Below, piece by piece: positions 34,117-47,151 of a stretch of DNA of 64,000 nucleotides. A model generated the notes under the pieces. The model searched no databases and was not told the DNA's origin. It was given only the letters and a program-made list of their open reading frames with translations. This DNA is from Vitrella brassicaformis CCMP3155 (taxonomy: Eukaryota; Protista; Chromerida). The first letter of the stretch is position 1. Every line of letters starts with the position of its first letter. The position numbers and the translations under genes are program-made. The stretch is taken from the NCBI GenBank assembly GCA_001179505.1, contig CDMY01000292.1:62001-126000 (forward strand), written 5' to 3'.

Positions 34117-34881
34117 TCACACGGGCGTGATGATGTCGGTGCTCTGGGGGTTTCTTGATTGTGACGCCGGCAGTGCGGCGGCCGCCGGCGCGTTGTTGCT
34201 GCTCGGTTGTGATGGTGCGGGAGGGGGGAGGGGGGCGTCGGCATCGTCCTCGGGCTCCTCCTCCTCGTCCTGATGACGACACACACACGCAATGAGTCCA
34301 GCCCACGGTATGTGGTCGCCGTGACTGACTGACCTCTTCCTCGTCTCCCTCTGAGGATTCTGTTGTGAGCAGATCCTGAACACGACACGCCACATCCATG
34401 TGTGTGTGTGTCGGTGGACGGCCAGCTGTGACGTGACTGTCTGCCCAGCCTACCTTGAAGACCCGCATCGGCTCGAACGGCCTGTAGGCCCAGATGATCT
34501 GACCGATGACATGACCGACATGGCCATCAACACACACACACACACACGAGACACATGACGCAGTCACGGATGGATGGATGGATGACCTGCTCTCTCTCAC
34601 CGTGGCGTAGATGCCGAATTCGACAAGGTTTTGCATCAAGAGGTACAGCCAGTCGTCCCACCCGTTGGCATCTAACACGGACAGCTGCACACACCACACC
34701 ACACCCCATCCCACCCAAACGCAGAACGTTGAGATAGATGCCCAGCCCAGCCTTGCTCCCCTCCCTCCCCTCTCTGTGTGTGAGTGAGTGCCGACTTTGA
34801 AGAACAGGAGGAAGGTCGGCTTCATGATGTAGATCACAAACACCCACCGATATAACCTGCAGAATGAGGTGCGAAGAGGGG

Positions 34882-34913
<32 letters not shown>

Positions 34914-36776
34914 ATGGGCACCTGTATGCGTCAAACTTCTGGTACAGCTCTGCGGTACTCAGCGAGACGGCAGACTCGGTGATCGACCCCTGATGCGCAC
35001 CACCACATACACAGACAGACAGACACACATCGGGCCTGCCTTCTCCACATCTGCAGTGTGTCTGTCTTTCCTCCTCACATTAAGCATGGCGATGTTGAAG
35101 TTGATGGCGACGATGATGCACAGGTAAGCCAATGCATGCAGGATGTAGCGCGACAGCTGACGAAAGATAGAGACCCACCATAGGCAGACAGACAGACAGA
35201 CAGAGTGCACCGACCACACCCACCTCATAGCCGCTGCAAGTTGGCCCCTGGCAGGTCACTTGGAAGAGCCCCAGGTAAAAGGATATCACACAGATCCCAG
35301 CCGAGAAGCGGACCTCGGTCATGCTCAGATTCGAACGAAGAATCTTCCAACCTGCCCACCCACCACAGCCCGACACACAGATAGATACACACACACGCAT
35401 ATCATCAACGAGCGCCAGCCGTCCTACCGAGCGCCACAAGCAGGTACATCATCAGAGAAATGATGTCCTGCATCTTGCCAACGATGCGCGGAATCTTCCT
35501 GCAACAAATCAAACCCAGCCACAACACACACACACACACACACACACATACACATACACACACTCATCGACACCGCACATGCCATCCATGTGCCTCCCTC
35601 CCCGCCCTTCGCACCCACCCACCTCTGAAACCGTTCGAGCGACCCCTTAGAAGAGAAGAGCACGAAGTTTTGCCAGTAGAAGACGAGATAAAGGCTCTTG
35701 GACAGCAAAGTGGCCAGCATGATCCAGTGGATGGCCGTCTTCCGCCGCCGCCAGCCCGTCACCAACAGCAGGAACAGCAGCGCCGTGCTGATCAACCGAC
35801 CAAGGCACACAGAGGGAGGGAGGGAGGGAGAGAAGATGTCGGCATTCCATCAAGCTGAGTGTTCACACCGGGCTAACTGACTGACCTGATGAGATAGACC
35901 CAGATCATGGTGAGGAGCACGGGCATCATGGGTATCTGGTCGAAGCTGAGGTGCTGCTCGTCGTCCTTGCCGGGGTTGACCAGCCGGATCTTCCCCGTGA
36001 AGCGAAGGTCCTGCTCGTCGCCGTTGACGATGATCAAGGTGTAGCGGTCCAGCCATTCGACCGTCTTCGTCATCGATATCTTGGACATCAGCGGCTGACG
36101 CTGAGGGATGAAAGATGAGATGGACAGCCAGACAAGTGTTTGTATGGCGTGTTGGGCGGCTTGGTGGCCCTCTCACTCCACTCACCCAGTAGGCCATGAA
36201 GTTGGTGTTGACAACCCGTGCCTCTGGCGACGTGAACGACGGCAACACGTGGGGCGTCGAGCTGCGAAAGCGACTCTGACCACAGCACGCAGCACAGCAC
36301 AGCACAGCACAGCACAGTCGTCCCTGTGATTTATCTGTCTGTCTGCCTGCCGGACCGACCAGTTGTTCCGACGTGAGAATCATGAAGAAGGTGTTGTTGA
36401 TATCCGTGGGCTGGTGCAGCTCCAGCTCCACCGTCATGACGCCGCCCGCCGCTATGCCGAAACTCTCAGCTGCCGGAATTCTGATGTCCTCCTGTGAATG
36501 AATCACGCCCACAGACACACAGACACTCACATGACTAACAAACAGACAGACACGTGCTCTCTTTGTTTGTGTGCATTCGGTGTGAGCCAACTGACTGACC
36601 ATGGTCATCCGCGGCACTTGGACCAGCGGGATGTAGGCGTCACTGGTCGTCTGCGGCGTGTCGAAGTCCTTGGTGATGGCCTCGCACCGCAGCGGAACAC
36701 ACAGGGCGAGCAGAGCCACACACGCAGACAGACGCATCCACCTCCGAATTCGCCGTCTTGGTGGATCCGTCGTCAT
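34117..36776 (-). CDS. Signal peptide + luminal domain + seven-TM protein, GPR107/GPR108/TMEM87 (GOST / lung seven-TM) like
   Basis: Signal peptide (LSACVALLALCVPLRCEA), luminal HLSFDQIPM, multiple TM exons (IHWIMLATLLSKSLYLVF; GWKILRSNLS; LCIIVAINFNI; YRWVFVIYI; IIWAYRP), acidic tail. The 3' end could extend to 33783. Confidence 0.7.
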
Positions 36777-36886
36777 GATAGATTCAGATCTGCGCAGATG
36801 TCGGAAAGCCTCTCCTCCATCCATCTGTCCTCCCTTGTGAGCTAAGCTCGCAGGTGGAGATAGATCGGTCGAAGGAAAGCGATTGA
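36777..36886. promoter_or_regulatory. Putative 110-bp bidirectional promoter
   Basis: Divergent ATGs at 36776 (-) and 36887 (+). Contains the 12-bp palindrome ATCTGCGCAGAT (36788-36799) and the inverted repeat GAGCT-A-AGCTC (36839-36849). Confidence 0.5.
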
Positions 36887-38213
36887 ATGCTCTCTGCGCT
36901 TATCATCCTCTGCTTGACGTCCGTGACATATCTGAGCAGCGCCTTCGCGTTTCCCGTCAGATCTGCACAGATGCCTTTCAGACCCAGTGGCACGTCCATG
37001 CCCAGCTCATCGGTCTCCATCCGCCTAGGGGTGGAGGAAGACATTCCCAAGGCAGCGTCCATCTGCTGTGATGCATTCAACACCCTCTGCGCCAGTGTGG
37101 CCCTGCCGCCCGAGTTCAACTCACCCGCAGACATCGAGCATTTTTTTCATTCACTCATGAAGAGCGACAGCAAGGCGTTCTTCGTGGCGGTGGATGACGA
37201 AAGCGGCGAGCTGGTTGGCGGCAACGGGGTGGAGCATGTGGATGAGTCTGTGGCCAGCATCGGGTGGGTGAGGGAGAAGGGAGAAGCGATGGCTTGGTGC
37301 CACGTCTGTGGGCTGTGTGTGTGCAGGCCTGTCTTTGTGCTTCCTGGGCTGCAGAAGAATGGCGTCGGTCGGGCACTCATGGAGACCGTCATCGACTGGG
37401 CCAACAGCAGAGGTGGGTCAGGGTGCGGGTGAGGGTGAGGGTGAGGCAGATCAGAAGCAGAAACGACCACCATTGCATTAATGCAATACAGGCGCGCCTT
37501 CGATCCGGCTGCAGCAGCTGGCCTCCAACGTGCAAAGCTTCTCCCTCTACACACGCATGGGCTTCATCTGCCGCAAGCAGTGCCTCCATCTCCGGGGGTG
37601 GTGCCTGTCGTCTTCTGCACCGTCGCCATCCGCCCTATCCCCCGCATACACGCTGCGGCAGGCCACGGGCGACGACGCAGGAGAGGCGGCCGAACTGTAC
37701 CACCGGGTGACTGGCGAGAGGCGGGACAACCAGATAAGGGAGGCCTTCGAGCACCAGATGGAGGGCCACCCCGCTAAGGCCTACGTGCTGACCGACAAAG
37801 GATCCGGCAAAATGGGTATATCCGTACGTGTCGACTGATGGAATGAGCGCATACCTCTCTCTGTTCTTCTCTCTCTCTGCTTGCTTTGCTTTGACTCAGT
37901 TGCCTACACTGGCCAGCTGTATTTCTTCACCCACTCGTGTGCGCTGACCGAGGATCACTTCGTCGAGCTGGTGACGCGCGTGTGCGACGAGTGGGCCAAG
38001 GAGATGCCGCCACGCGAGAACGACCACCTGATCCCGCCCACTGCCGGCCCGCCGTCCTTTTTGCTGCCCGTCGACTACCCCAAGCTGGCGAGAACCCTCC
38101 TGGACAGGGGCATGCGGACGGTCTCGCTGACGAATCTGATGAGTATCGGGGAGTGGAGAGATGGCGATCTTGCGGCGTACAATGGCGTGTACGTGCCGAG
38201 TGTCGGCTATTGA
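36887..38213 (+). CDS. GNAT-family N-acetyltransferase (bacterial-like two-lobe type) with signal/plastid-like leader
   Basis: IRLGVEEDI..ICCDAF, FFVAVD..GELVG, IG|PVFVLPGLQKNGVGRALM (acetyl-CoA motif Q/RxxGxG), SFSLYTRMGF, C-terminus YVPSVGY*; leader MLSALIILCLTSVTYLSSAFAFP. Confidence 0.85.
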
Positions 38214-38832
38214 GTGTTGTTTTTGGTGCTGCATGCCTTCCGTCCTCGATTTTGAGCACGTGTGTGAATGTGCGAGTGTGTGTCAAAGCCAGACACACAG
38301 TAGTTCCCCTTGTTAGCATCTCTTGAGCGTCATGATGCCCTTCTGACTGCCCGGTTGCTGCTGAGACGCGGCACTCAGGCATTTCACGTGGGGATCGTCA
38401 CGTGCAAGAGACGCCGACGACAGGGACCAGAGGCTAAGCCTATGCTCTGTGTGTGTGTGTCATTGCGTGTGGTGAAAATACCCATATATGAATCACCCTT
38501 AAAATACCACGCAAATGTCTGTCTGATGCGATTAGGGCTGAGTGTCCGTACGTACCGACATCCGATCCATTGAATGAGTCAGTCGTGCCACATGACCATC
38601 CCTGTGTGTGTATATATTCGCATATATATCAACACGCCACCAAAACTGGTCGGTCCGTCATTCACGCACCACCCACGCACTCACTGTCAGTCAACAAACA
38701 CGCAGACAGACACAGCACCGACACGACCACGACAGCACCCGTTAGTTGACCACCGACGCACCCCTCATTGACCCCATCTGCTGCTGCTGACCACCCCCTC
38801 CAGCAGCAGCAGCAGCAGCAGAGTTGGCGGCA

Positions 38833-41800
38833 TCAGCATCTGGTGCTATCACGTCTCCCCCGTTTGGGGGGTTGTCGGTGTAGTTTGGATGGGCGTCGGG
38901 GGATCAAGCCGACGATAGGAATGATATCTCGCTGCACGAGTGAGAGAGAGAATGGGTGGGTGTGGCTGCATATGTGTGTATTCCGTCTCCCCCTAGCTAC
39001 CGACCTGTCGTTGGACACTGACCGCACCGACTCGCGCCTCGACGGCCTCTCCTTAACGCACAGTGGGGCCGCCTCATTAGTAGTATCTGACAGCCCCCCA
39101 ACACCAGCTTTGGAACACGCCAGTGTCTGAGGAATGACACACAAGCTTGTCAGACCTGAGTAGTCGTCATGTCTCCCTCCCTCTCTCTCACTCACCGGCA
39201 GTCGTGTGTCGTCTTCTGTTCCGATGCCCTCTACTCTCTGCCTGACGGCCTCTGTGAGCGCTTCGCGGCTGCTCTCCCCTTCAACGCCATCAAATGAGGA
39301 CGGGGAAACAGCTACCGGCGCAGCATATGGGGGAGGGGCTGCATCAGGGGAATGGTCGTCCCTGCCCTCCCTGGGAGTGGCCATCTCGCTTCCCACGGTC
39401 TTGCCCAGATCCACCAGCTCGCACACAGACGGCACGCCCCCAACCACCGCCTCGTCCCCCCCACCAGCACCATCCTCCTCCTGCTGCTCCTGTGGCTGCT
39501 CGTGGAGCTTGAAGGGCACCATGTCGAGCGCACTGCCGCCGAGGGGCCGCCTCTTAACGGTGGCGATGAAGGACTGTGATTTGGACGAAGCGAGGGAGCG
39601 GGCGCATGGTGAGGATGAGGGGGTGGTTGGGGGCTGGGAGGTGGGCAGCAGGTGGGTCGCCTGGTCGTGCAGAGACTGCATCGCGTCACTGCGTGCACAT
39701 GGAGAGAAGGCCAATGGGATGCCGCTGTGGCTGTCTCTTTTGTCTCTGCTACCGCTCAGTGCTCGGTCACCTGATGGTCCTGAGCTGGTGTTCCATCTGC
39801 AGCTTGAGGTCTCTTATGGCAGACAGGGAGAACCGCTGCAGATCCGCAGACATCTCAATCCGCTCCTGCAAACGACAAACATCATGTGACTGGCGCCGAC
39901 GTGCGGCTGGTTGATCAATTCGTGCACCCTGTCGATCTGTCTGCGTATTTCCTCGAGCGACTCGTCGAACGATATGACGTTGTCCCTCACACGCCTGCCC
40001 AGCCCCATCCCCACCCCCGCCCCCACGCCGCACCCCAGCATCCCCACAGTGGACTGAAGCTGCAAAGGCACACGCACACACAAACAGACCACCATCCCGC
40101 ACGAGCTCGTGCATCAATCGCCCCCTCCCCGCCCACCGACCCACCTGTCGGAGCACTGCCGTCCGTGTGTGCAGCTCCTCCTCAAAAATCTGCGCCCTTC
40201 TGCGCCAGAAGTCCAACTGCGCCTGCACGTCATGCGGGCCTCCGGACACGCCCACACCAGCCCCATCGGCTGTGGACGGGGTGGGCGTGGGTGTGGCCGT
40301 GCGGGACTCGCCCACCTCCACGCCCTCGTTGTCACTTGCTGCTGCATACACCCATGAAAGGACGGATACACACCACATGCATCTGACACAGAGAGACTCA
40401 CTACGGTGCTCACTCGGCGTGAGTCTTCGCTCGCGAGGCCTCCTTTCCTGCGGTGGCGGCTGTGGGCCGTCCAGAGAGTGAGGAGGGGGCGGTGGGGGGA
40501 CCATGGGGTGCTGGCAGAGTGATGACGGCGGTGGAATGGTCAAGAGAGGGGAAGAGCCTGGGTGTCTGGAGGGGGCTTGGGAGGGAGGCCCGCTCAGCTG
40601 CGATCGGAGGGTGGCATTCTCGTCCTCCAACACCTGAGAGCAGAATTGACGCATGAACGGCTTTTCTTCCGTCTGTGTGTCATTGAGCGGTCCGGATTTA
40701 CCCTTTGGCCGTGCTCCTTTTCCTCGATGAGTCTTTTGAGCCGCTCTTCCCTCTTTTCGTACTTGTTCTGCACTGTCTGCAGGTACTTGACACTGCCCCG
40801 GTGCAGCCACTCGGCGCGGCTCTCCGCCTCCTCCACACGCCGCTGGTACTCCCTCAGCAAAGCATCCTTCGCCTCTTGCTGCTGCTCTTGCTGCTGCTGC
40901 TGATCGAGCGGCTCCTCTACTGCAGCAGCAGCAGCAGCAGCAGGGGCGCCGTTGCACGCCCTGCGGACGGCCTGAAATGTGTGAGAGACATATTATATCC
41001 ACATCTGCCTGTGCAGTTGTGTGTGTAGTATCCGTCATCCTACCACTGGCCGTGCCCCCGGTGGCTGCGATGACGATCGCCGGCTCGGTGGCAGCATCGA
41101 CAGGTCGGGAACAGCCTGCACAATGGACAGGTACACACGTGTCCACGAGTGCATGGGCGGGAGACCCACTCATGTGTGTACGTGTGTGTCTGGTCTCGGC
41201 TGGTAGGGGAATGGTCGCAGAGCTGCGGCTCTGTTGTTGGTGTTGAGGCGGATGAGGGTGCGATCGATATGGATGTACTGCTGCCGCCTCGTGTGCTGGA
41301 TCAGCCGGGAGTCTGACGCCATAGCTAGAGTCGACAGGGACGCCTAGACACACAGAGGGACAGTATGGGTGAGTGTGTGTGTGTGTGTGGGTGGGTGTGG
41401 GTGTGGGTGTGGGCGTGTGTACCCACCGCTCTCTGCTGCAGTCCGGCGTTGAGGCAGAAGACCATACACAGGCCGGTATCCTTCTGCAGAAAGTCATACA
41501 ACACACGCGTAAGCACGCTCTGCCGTCGGTCGGACTCCTTCAAACTGCCCTCCTGTCCACACACAACGACACACGCCACCGTCTAATGGACGCACTCGCC
41601 GGTCTCTCCTTTGTCCCTGCCTGTCTGTCTGCCTGCCTGCCTGCATCTTTCTGAGGAGGCGGTTGAGCGATGAGAGTGAGTTGTTGAGGACACGAGCGCT
41701 CGACCGCCCCTCTGCTGTCGGGTTCTCGTACTCCTTCTCACTGCCAGCCAGATCCACCAGCGTCAAACAACCCAACAACACCGACTTGTCCTGATGCATC

Positions 41801-42630
41801 AGAGACACACTCCCCACTCCTCAACTCCCTCCCTCCCTCCCTCCCCCCCTGCCAACCTGCAAGTATGTCTCGACGAACAGCTGGACTATAGCGTGCGATC
41901 TGCTGGACCGCACATTCAGGCTCGACAGCCCCACCTTGCGCTTCACACACGCGTCCTCGAGCATGTCGAGAGCGGCATACGGCGAGTTCACGCTCACCAC
42001 CTGGTAAGGGAAGCGGCTGGTCTTGAGGTAGAATTCGCCGCGGGACACCTCCACCCCTTCGTCGTCGTGCACCGGGGGGATCAGGTCCGTCAGCGTGTCG
42101 CCATATATCTCAAAGCAACACAGACGAACGCGCCGCCTCCACGTCTCTGCCTTCTGCTCCTCCTCGGCCTTCTTGTCGAAGAGCGACTGGATGAAGTACT
42201 GCAGGAGCCCCAGCTCGTTGTCCGTGCCGAAGATGGTGTGCGTCTTGCCGCTCCCCGTCTGCCCATAGGCCATGACGGTCTCCCTGTACCCGTGGAAGAG
42301 GCCAGCGATCTTGTCAGTGCAGTTGAGCTGATCAAACACCAACAGGTTGTCCTCCCACGGCCCGAAGACGCGGCTGAACCGATACTCCTGGATCAGCGTC
42401 CCTCGCTGGCAGAGCAGCGAGTCCTTGCACTCGCCGTCAGGCACCGTGATGCATGCGGACTGGTGGTCGTCATCATCCAGGGGCTTGACGCGCACGACGA
42501 CGCTCTTCTCGCCGCCATTTGCAATGGGGACGTCGCTGGATGGCCTGCTTCGAACTCTGCTGAGGGTTCGGGAAGTGCCGAGGTCGGTCCTGGGAGGCGG
42601 TAGTCGTTGGTTAAGAGGGCGGGCAAACAT
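38833..42630 (-). CDS. Kinesin (N-terminal motor domain, coiled-coil stalk, low-complexity tail)
   Basis: VVVRVKP, YRFSRVFGP, MAYGQTGSGKTHT (P-loop), SCFEIY-like LCCFEIYGD, LNVRSSRSHAI (switch I), LTLVDLAGSEK (switch II), LNNSLSSL. The tail end is approximate and the subfamily is not assignable. Confidence 0.9.
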
Positions 42631-42758
42631 GGCGATGCGATGGCTAAGTGTGCACTGGCAAGATGCACCAGAGGTTCAACGGTTGAGGTTATGTTTCGCG
42701 GAGGGGGATATCCGGCACCGTGATACAATTGCCGTGATATTCCGATTCCGTAGCACCG

Positions 42759-43659
42759 ATGGAGGCCTTCCTTGCCGAATACGCCGAAGGCGGCCTCAAG
42801 AAAGACATCGCACCGTTCCTCGGTAACATGTGTGGGTGGATGCATTCCACACAACAACTTCTGCCTTTGTCGTGTCGATGAATGCATTCCTCATGGATGG
42901 ATGGATGGAGATGGGGTGTGTGTGTGTGCAGATAGCGTATCGTTGGTCAACTTCAGCAGCTGCAGCCCCCTCATCGCGGGGCAGATAGGCCGCGACCACC
43001 ATGACCTGTGGAGCACGCACCTCACCCACCCCGAGTACGCCAGCGATGTGTTCAAGGAGAAGGGGCGCGGCCGAGCATTCGGGCAGTCGCCGACCTGCCA
43101 TCCGTCCTTCTACCGGCTGATAGTGGCGGCCTTGAGCCGCACGGGACACACCAGACGCCTGGCTAAGATCAATGTAGGCCTCTGCACTGACACTGAGGAT
43201 GCTCACGCGCACGTCTGTTTGGATTGTGCTGTTGTCCACACGCAGAAGCTGCACACGCGGGGCAAGCTGACGGCGCCGTTCGACCCCAAACACGACCCCG
43301 CCAAGATGGACAACCCCAAGAAGCGCGGCGGCAAGAAGCAGCAGCAGCAGCCCAGCTCCTCCGAGCCGGGCATCTACGAGTTGTTCAACGGCTTAGTGAA
43401 GGACAAGGAGCGCAACGCTCGGCAAGAGGACATCCGGCGGGAGGCCAAGCGCAGGAGGGAGGGGTGGGGGCCCATCCCCAAAGAGCACGAGGGGCTCTTC
43501 TGGGCGCTGGACAACAACCGCCCCTCCATGCTGGCCACGCGCATGCGGACGCGCTTCCCGGCCAAGAAGGTGCCGGGCGGCCTGCTGCAGCGGCTCAGGA
43601 GCGAGGCCAAGTGGAACGAGGAGGCCGCCAAGGTGCTGGCCGAGTACGTGGAGGAATAG
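42759..43659 (+). CDS. Hypothetical three-exon protein
   Basis: MEAFLAEYAEGGLKKD.. spliced in phase to ORF 42772-43659, with a second intron after KIN. Strong coding-type codon usage; divergent from the kinesin with 128 bp between ATGs. Confidence 0.65.
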
Positions 43660-45635
43660 AGAAGTGTTGGGGTTGGGGGGGGCAGGGGCGACTGGCTGGG
43701 TGTGTGGATTGATAAGTGAGACTGCCTGGTGTGCGTTGTGAATGCCGGAGTGCGGTGACACCATACATGTCATGTGAGTGAATGAGCCATCCATCATTCG
43801 GACTGTCCAGTGCATGGTATGGACCCACGTCTGTACCGTAAGCCGAATACTTGCTCCTAGCTTGCCGCCGAATGGGAGGGCGGACAGCGAGTGTTTCAGG
43901 AGGCCTTGGGAGACGTCAGGACGGCGCACAGATCTGTGTGGGCCGCCTTAACGACTCGCAGGTCGTCATGAAACAGTCTGTCAACACCCAGCCAAACGAA
44001 CAACACCCCCTCCACTCCCTCTCCGTCCCCATCCATCAAATCACGCCACTCAAGTCACAGTCGTCTCCTGCGATGTCGCCCGGCTGCGATCGATGCTGTG
44101 TACTCGTCTGCATATAGTCATCCAAAAGCCACTCGCTCCCGCATATGTATGTGCACATCCACACACCCCCTCCGTCCCTCCCTCCCTCGCCCCATGCGCC
44201 CATCCGTGTATCCACACATCCATATTTTGTGAGACAGACAGACACGCGTCAAAAGCCACTCAGTATACTAACTCCACACACCGACCGCACCACTAAACTT
44301 ACTTCACTCGCATCCATCCATCAAGTCGCATCTATACATTCGCCCACACGTACGCACGCAATCACACGATGGCCCTCACGCACGCAGGAGGCAGGCAGGC
44401 AGGCAGGCATGGTTGCCCTCATGCTGCTGCAAGGTAAGCTGTGTGTGTTATCTGCGTGTATATAGATAGATATCTTCACTGGCTGGCGGATGAATGAAAA
44501 GACTCACATACACACACCCAGACACTCTCTCTCACTGACCACGTCGCGCATTGAAAATCGTAGGGGGGAGGGAGGGAGCGGGGGAGTGGTAGAAGAGAGT
44601 AGAGAGTGTCTGTCGCACGTGTCATGTCTGTCTGGACATCTAGCTATGCCTATTCGGCATCTTCTGCACACCCAAGCCGAGCCGAGCCAGATATCGACAC
44701 ATCCACACACCCACACACCCATTTATCCACATACACAGATGTACAGATATACAGATGGACAGACACACAGACACAGACAGACAGACAGACAGACACACAG
44801 ACAGACAGACGCGTGTGTCTTCAACGCGCACAGACCGACAAGAAGGCCTGTCTAGGCATGAGTGGCATGCGTGGGTTCACCCGCGGAGGCACACACGGAC
44901 ACAGACACAGACACACCTGTCTGTCTGTCTGTCTGTAGACGTGTTGAGCACGGAGCCTAGACAGAGGGACTATACAGACAGACAGAAGCAGACGGATTGA
45001 CGTGTGTACACCTGTGCAGACATACACACATGGGTATGCGTGTGTTCAACACGGAAGTGACCAGAGAGGCGGATGGCTATACAGGCGGGGAGGCACAAAA
45101 AGGCGTCAGTGAATGGGCAAGCAGAGCAGATGAGTGAGTGGAGTGAGTGAGTGATCAGGGTAATGAACCCTCGCAATCAATCGCAGGGAAAGAAAAACGA
45201 CCACACAGACAGAGAGACAGAGAGGCAGACACACACATCGATGGACCGATCACAGACCGTGACGCCCTCGCTATACACTTCCCCCCCCCACCCCTCCCTC
45301 CCTCCCGCCCCCAAGACGACGGACAGACAGCTAATTCGATTCGCACGCCCCTTACACACACCACGCACAGCCATACACGGATCCGCCCCTACACACACGC
45401 GCACGGCTGCCTAATGGCACGACGCAGTGCGTGGTAACTGCAGAGGCAGACCGACGGGCAGACAGACAGACAGACGGGCAGACAGACCGGCAACCGATGA
45501 ACTATTCTGTATACGTCGCTAGCTCCAATGGTACACATCCATCCATTTATCCATACGCACACAAATGTAATCATTCACAAACTCACTGGTGGTGTGGGTG
45601 GGTGCGTCATGCTGCTCTCTGCCCTGCCGAGGCGG

Positions 45636-46675
45636 CTACTCCTCCCCAAAGCCCTCATCGGCGAAGTCGGCCCAGCTGAGGTCCACATCCACGTCAGCCG
45701 CCAGACCTGCAGCACGCCACACCACACCACATACACACACACACACACACATACACACATTGGATTGTATGCAGAGAGAGCTATCGACGTACGTACCCGT
45801 GTTGTCATCGTCTCCGCCACTCATGGACAGCAGCAGGCGGCGAGAGCAGGCATTGCAGCTGGCCGCACACACGTCCATGAGGCGGGTGCAGGCATGAACC
45901 TCCGCGGGCACTCCACGGCGGTAGGCCCTGGCGAGGTCGGTGAGCCTGACGGTGCACCCCATGCCCTTCCTGTTGGCCGCCCAGGTCAGCATCCTGCAGG
46001 TCTTCCCTTGCTGTCGGACCTGCACACACGCACCACACGCCACACACACGGTATGCGTGTCGCTCACCACACAAGCTTTGTGTGTGTGAGGGTGGGGTGG
46101 GGTGAGCGTGCCTTCGGGGAGTCCCTGCACTGAAAAAGCTGGGGGTTGAAAAAGGAGCCATCGGGACAGTCACCACTCTCACCGTCCACGCCTACACCCA
46201 CATGCCCAGATACACAGGTAGACAGACAGACGTGTGCACGTCACGTGTGCAGGGCAGTCGACCTCTTTGAGCGTTGTTCTATATCAGCTGCTTACCGCAG
46301 TCAGCAGTGTCCTCCGCACAACCATTGACGGCACACTGACACACACACACACACACACGGAGCGAGAGTGCACGACGGGCCCGTCCCCCCGCGACACCGT
46401 ACCTGTCGGTCGCAGACGTTGTCATTCATGTAGAACGATGGACAGGCCATGGTGCAGGAAGTGCCTCTCTGAACACACACACACACACACACACGCCCAC
46501 ACACACGCGGAGAGAGAGAGAGAGATGCAGCGAGGATACAGATCCACCAAGGATGGGTGTGTCGGTGCGTGAGGGACTGGCGTACCTGGAGTTGTCTATC
46601 AGCAGCAGCTTTGGCCTCACACAGCGCCGCCAACGAGGTCAACACGCACACGGCACCCAGCAGCATCACTCTCAT
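45636..46675 (-). CDS. Secreted cysteine-rich protein: signal peptide, LNR (Notch/Lin-12)-like repeat, CPxGxxFN motif, ShK-like domain
   Basis: MRVMLLGAVCVLTSLAALCEA; CPSFYMNDNVCDRQ|CAVNGCAEDTADC; CPDGSFFNPQLFQC; CRDSPK|VRQQGKTC..GMGC..DVCAASCNAC. Requires one GC-AG intron (46020-46111). Confidence 0.7.
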
Positions 46676-47151
46676 GCTCTTGGCACACACACAACACTCA
46701 CTCACTTACTCAATCAGGCGCAGCACAGCACTCAATCTACACGGAGATGCGATATATAGGCAGCGATGAGCGCAATGCGATAAACGTGCACACCAACAGA
46801 CAGGCGGAGTGTGAAAGAGAGAGGGGGGGCCGCCCACGGGCTGCCACTCGGCTATTCTCCCTAGCTGCAGGAGGGCAGCAGACAATCAAAACCTCCTTCC
46901 TGCCTGGCCTTCCTCTCTCACTCAGGCAGTCACCGCCGGCTGGCTATCGGGACGTTACAGTAGAGAGAGCGGGGCGTTTCAACGAAAAAAGCCTTGCGAT
47001 AGGTGTGCACAGATACACGCGCACACGTGGGTGGATACGCCGCGCCGCTATCTGCCCTGACCGAGAGATCTCACGGCAGTCAACGGTTTCACGTCAGTGG
47101 TTTAGAGCTCGCATCTGGGGGCGTCTCGGGGGGCCTGAGCGTCTCAGTGCC

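Noticed and set aside
39767-41506. 579-aa ORF as a single exon
   Set aside because: Reads through CA/TG intron microsatellites (THTHTH, VCVC); only parts are kinesin stalk exons.
42648-42656. GTGCAC (ApiAP2-type motif) in the kinesin divergent promoter
   Set aside because: A 6-mer that is very common in TG/CA-rich DNA; a single occurrence is uninformative.
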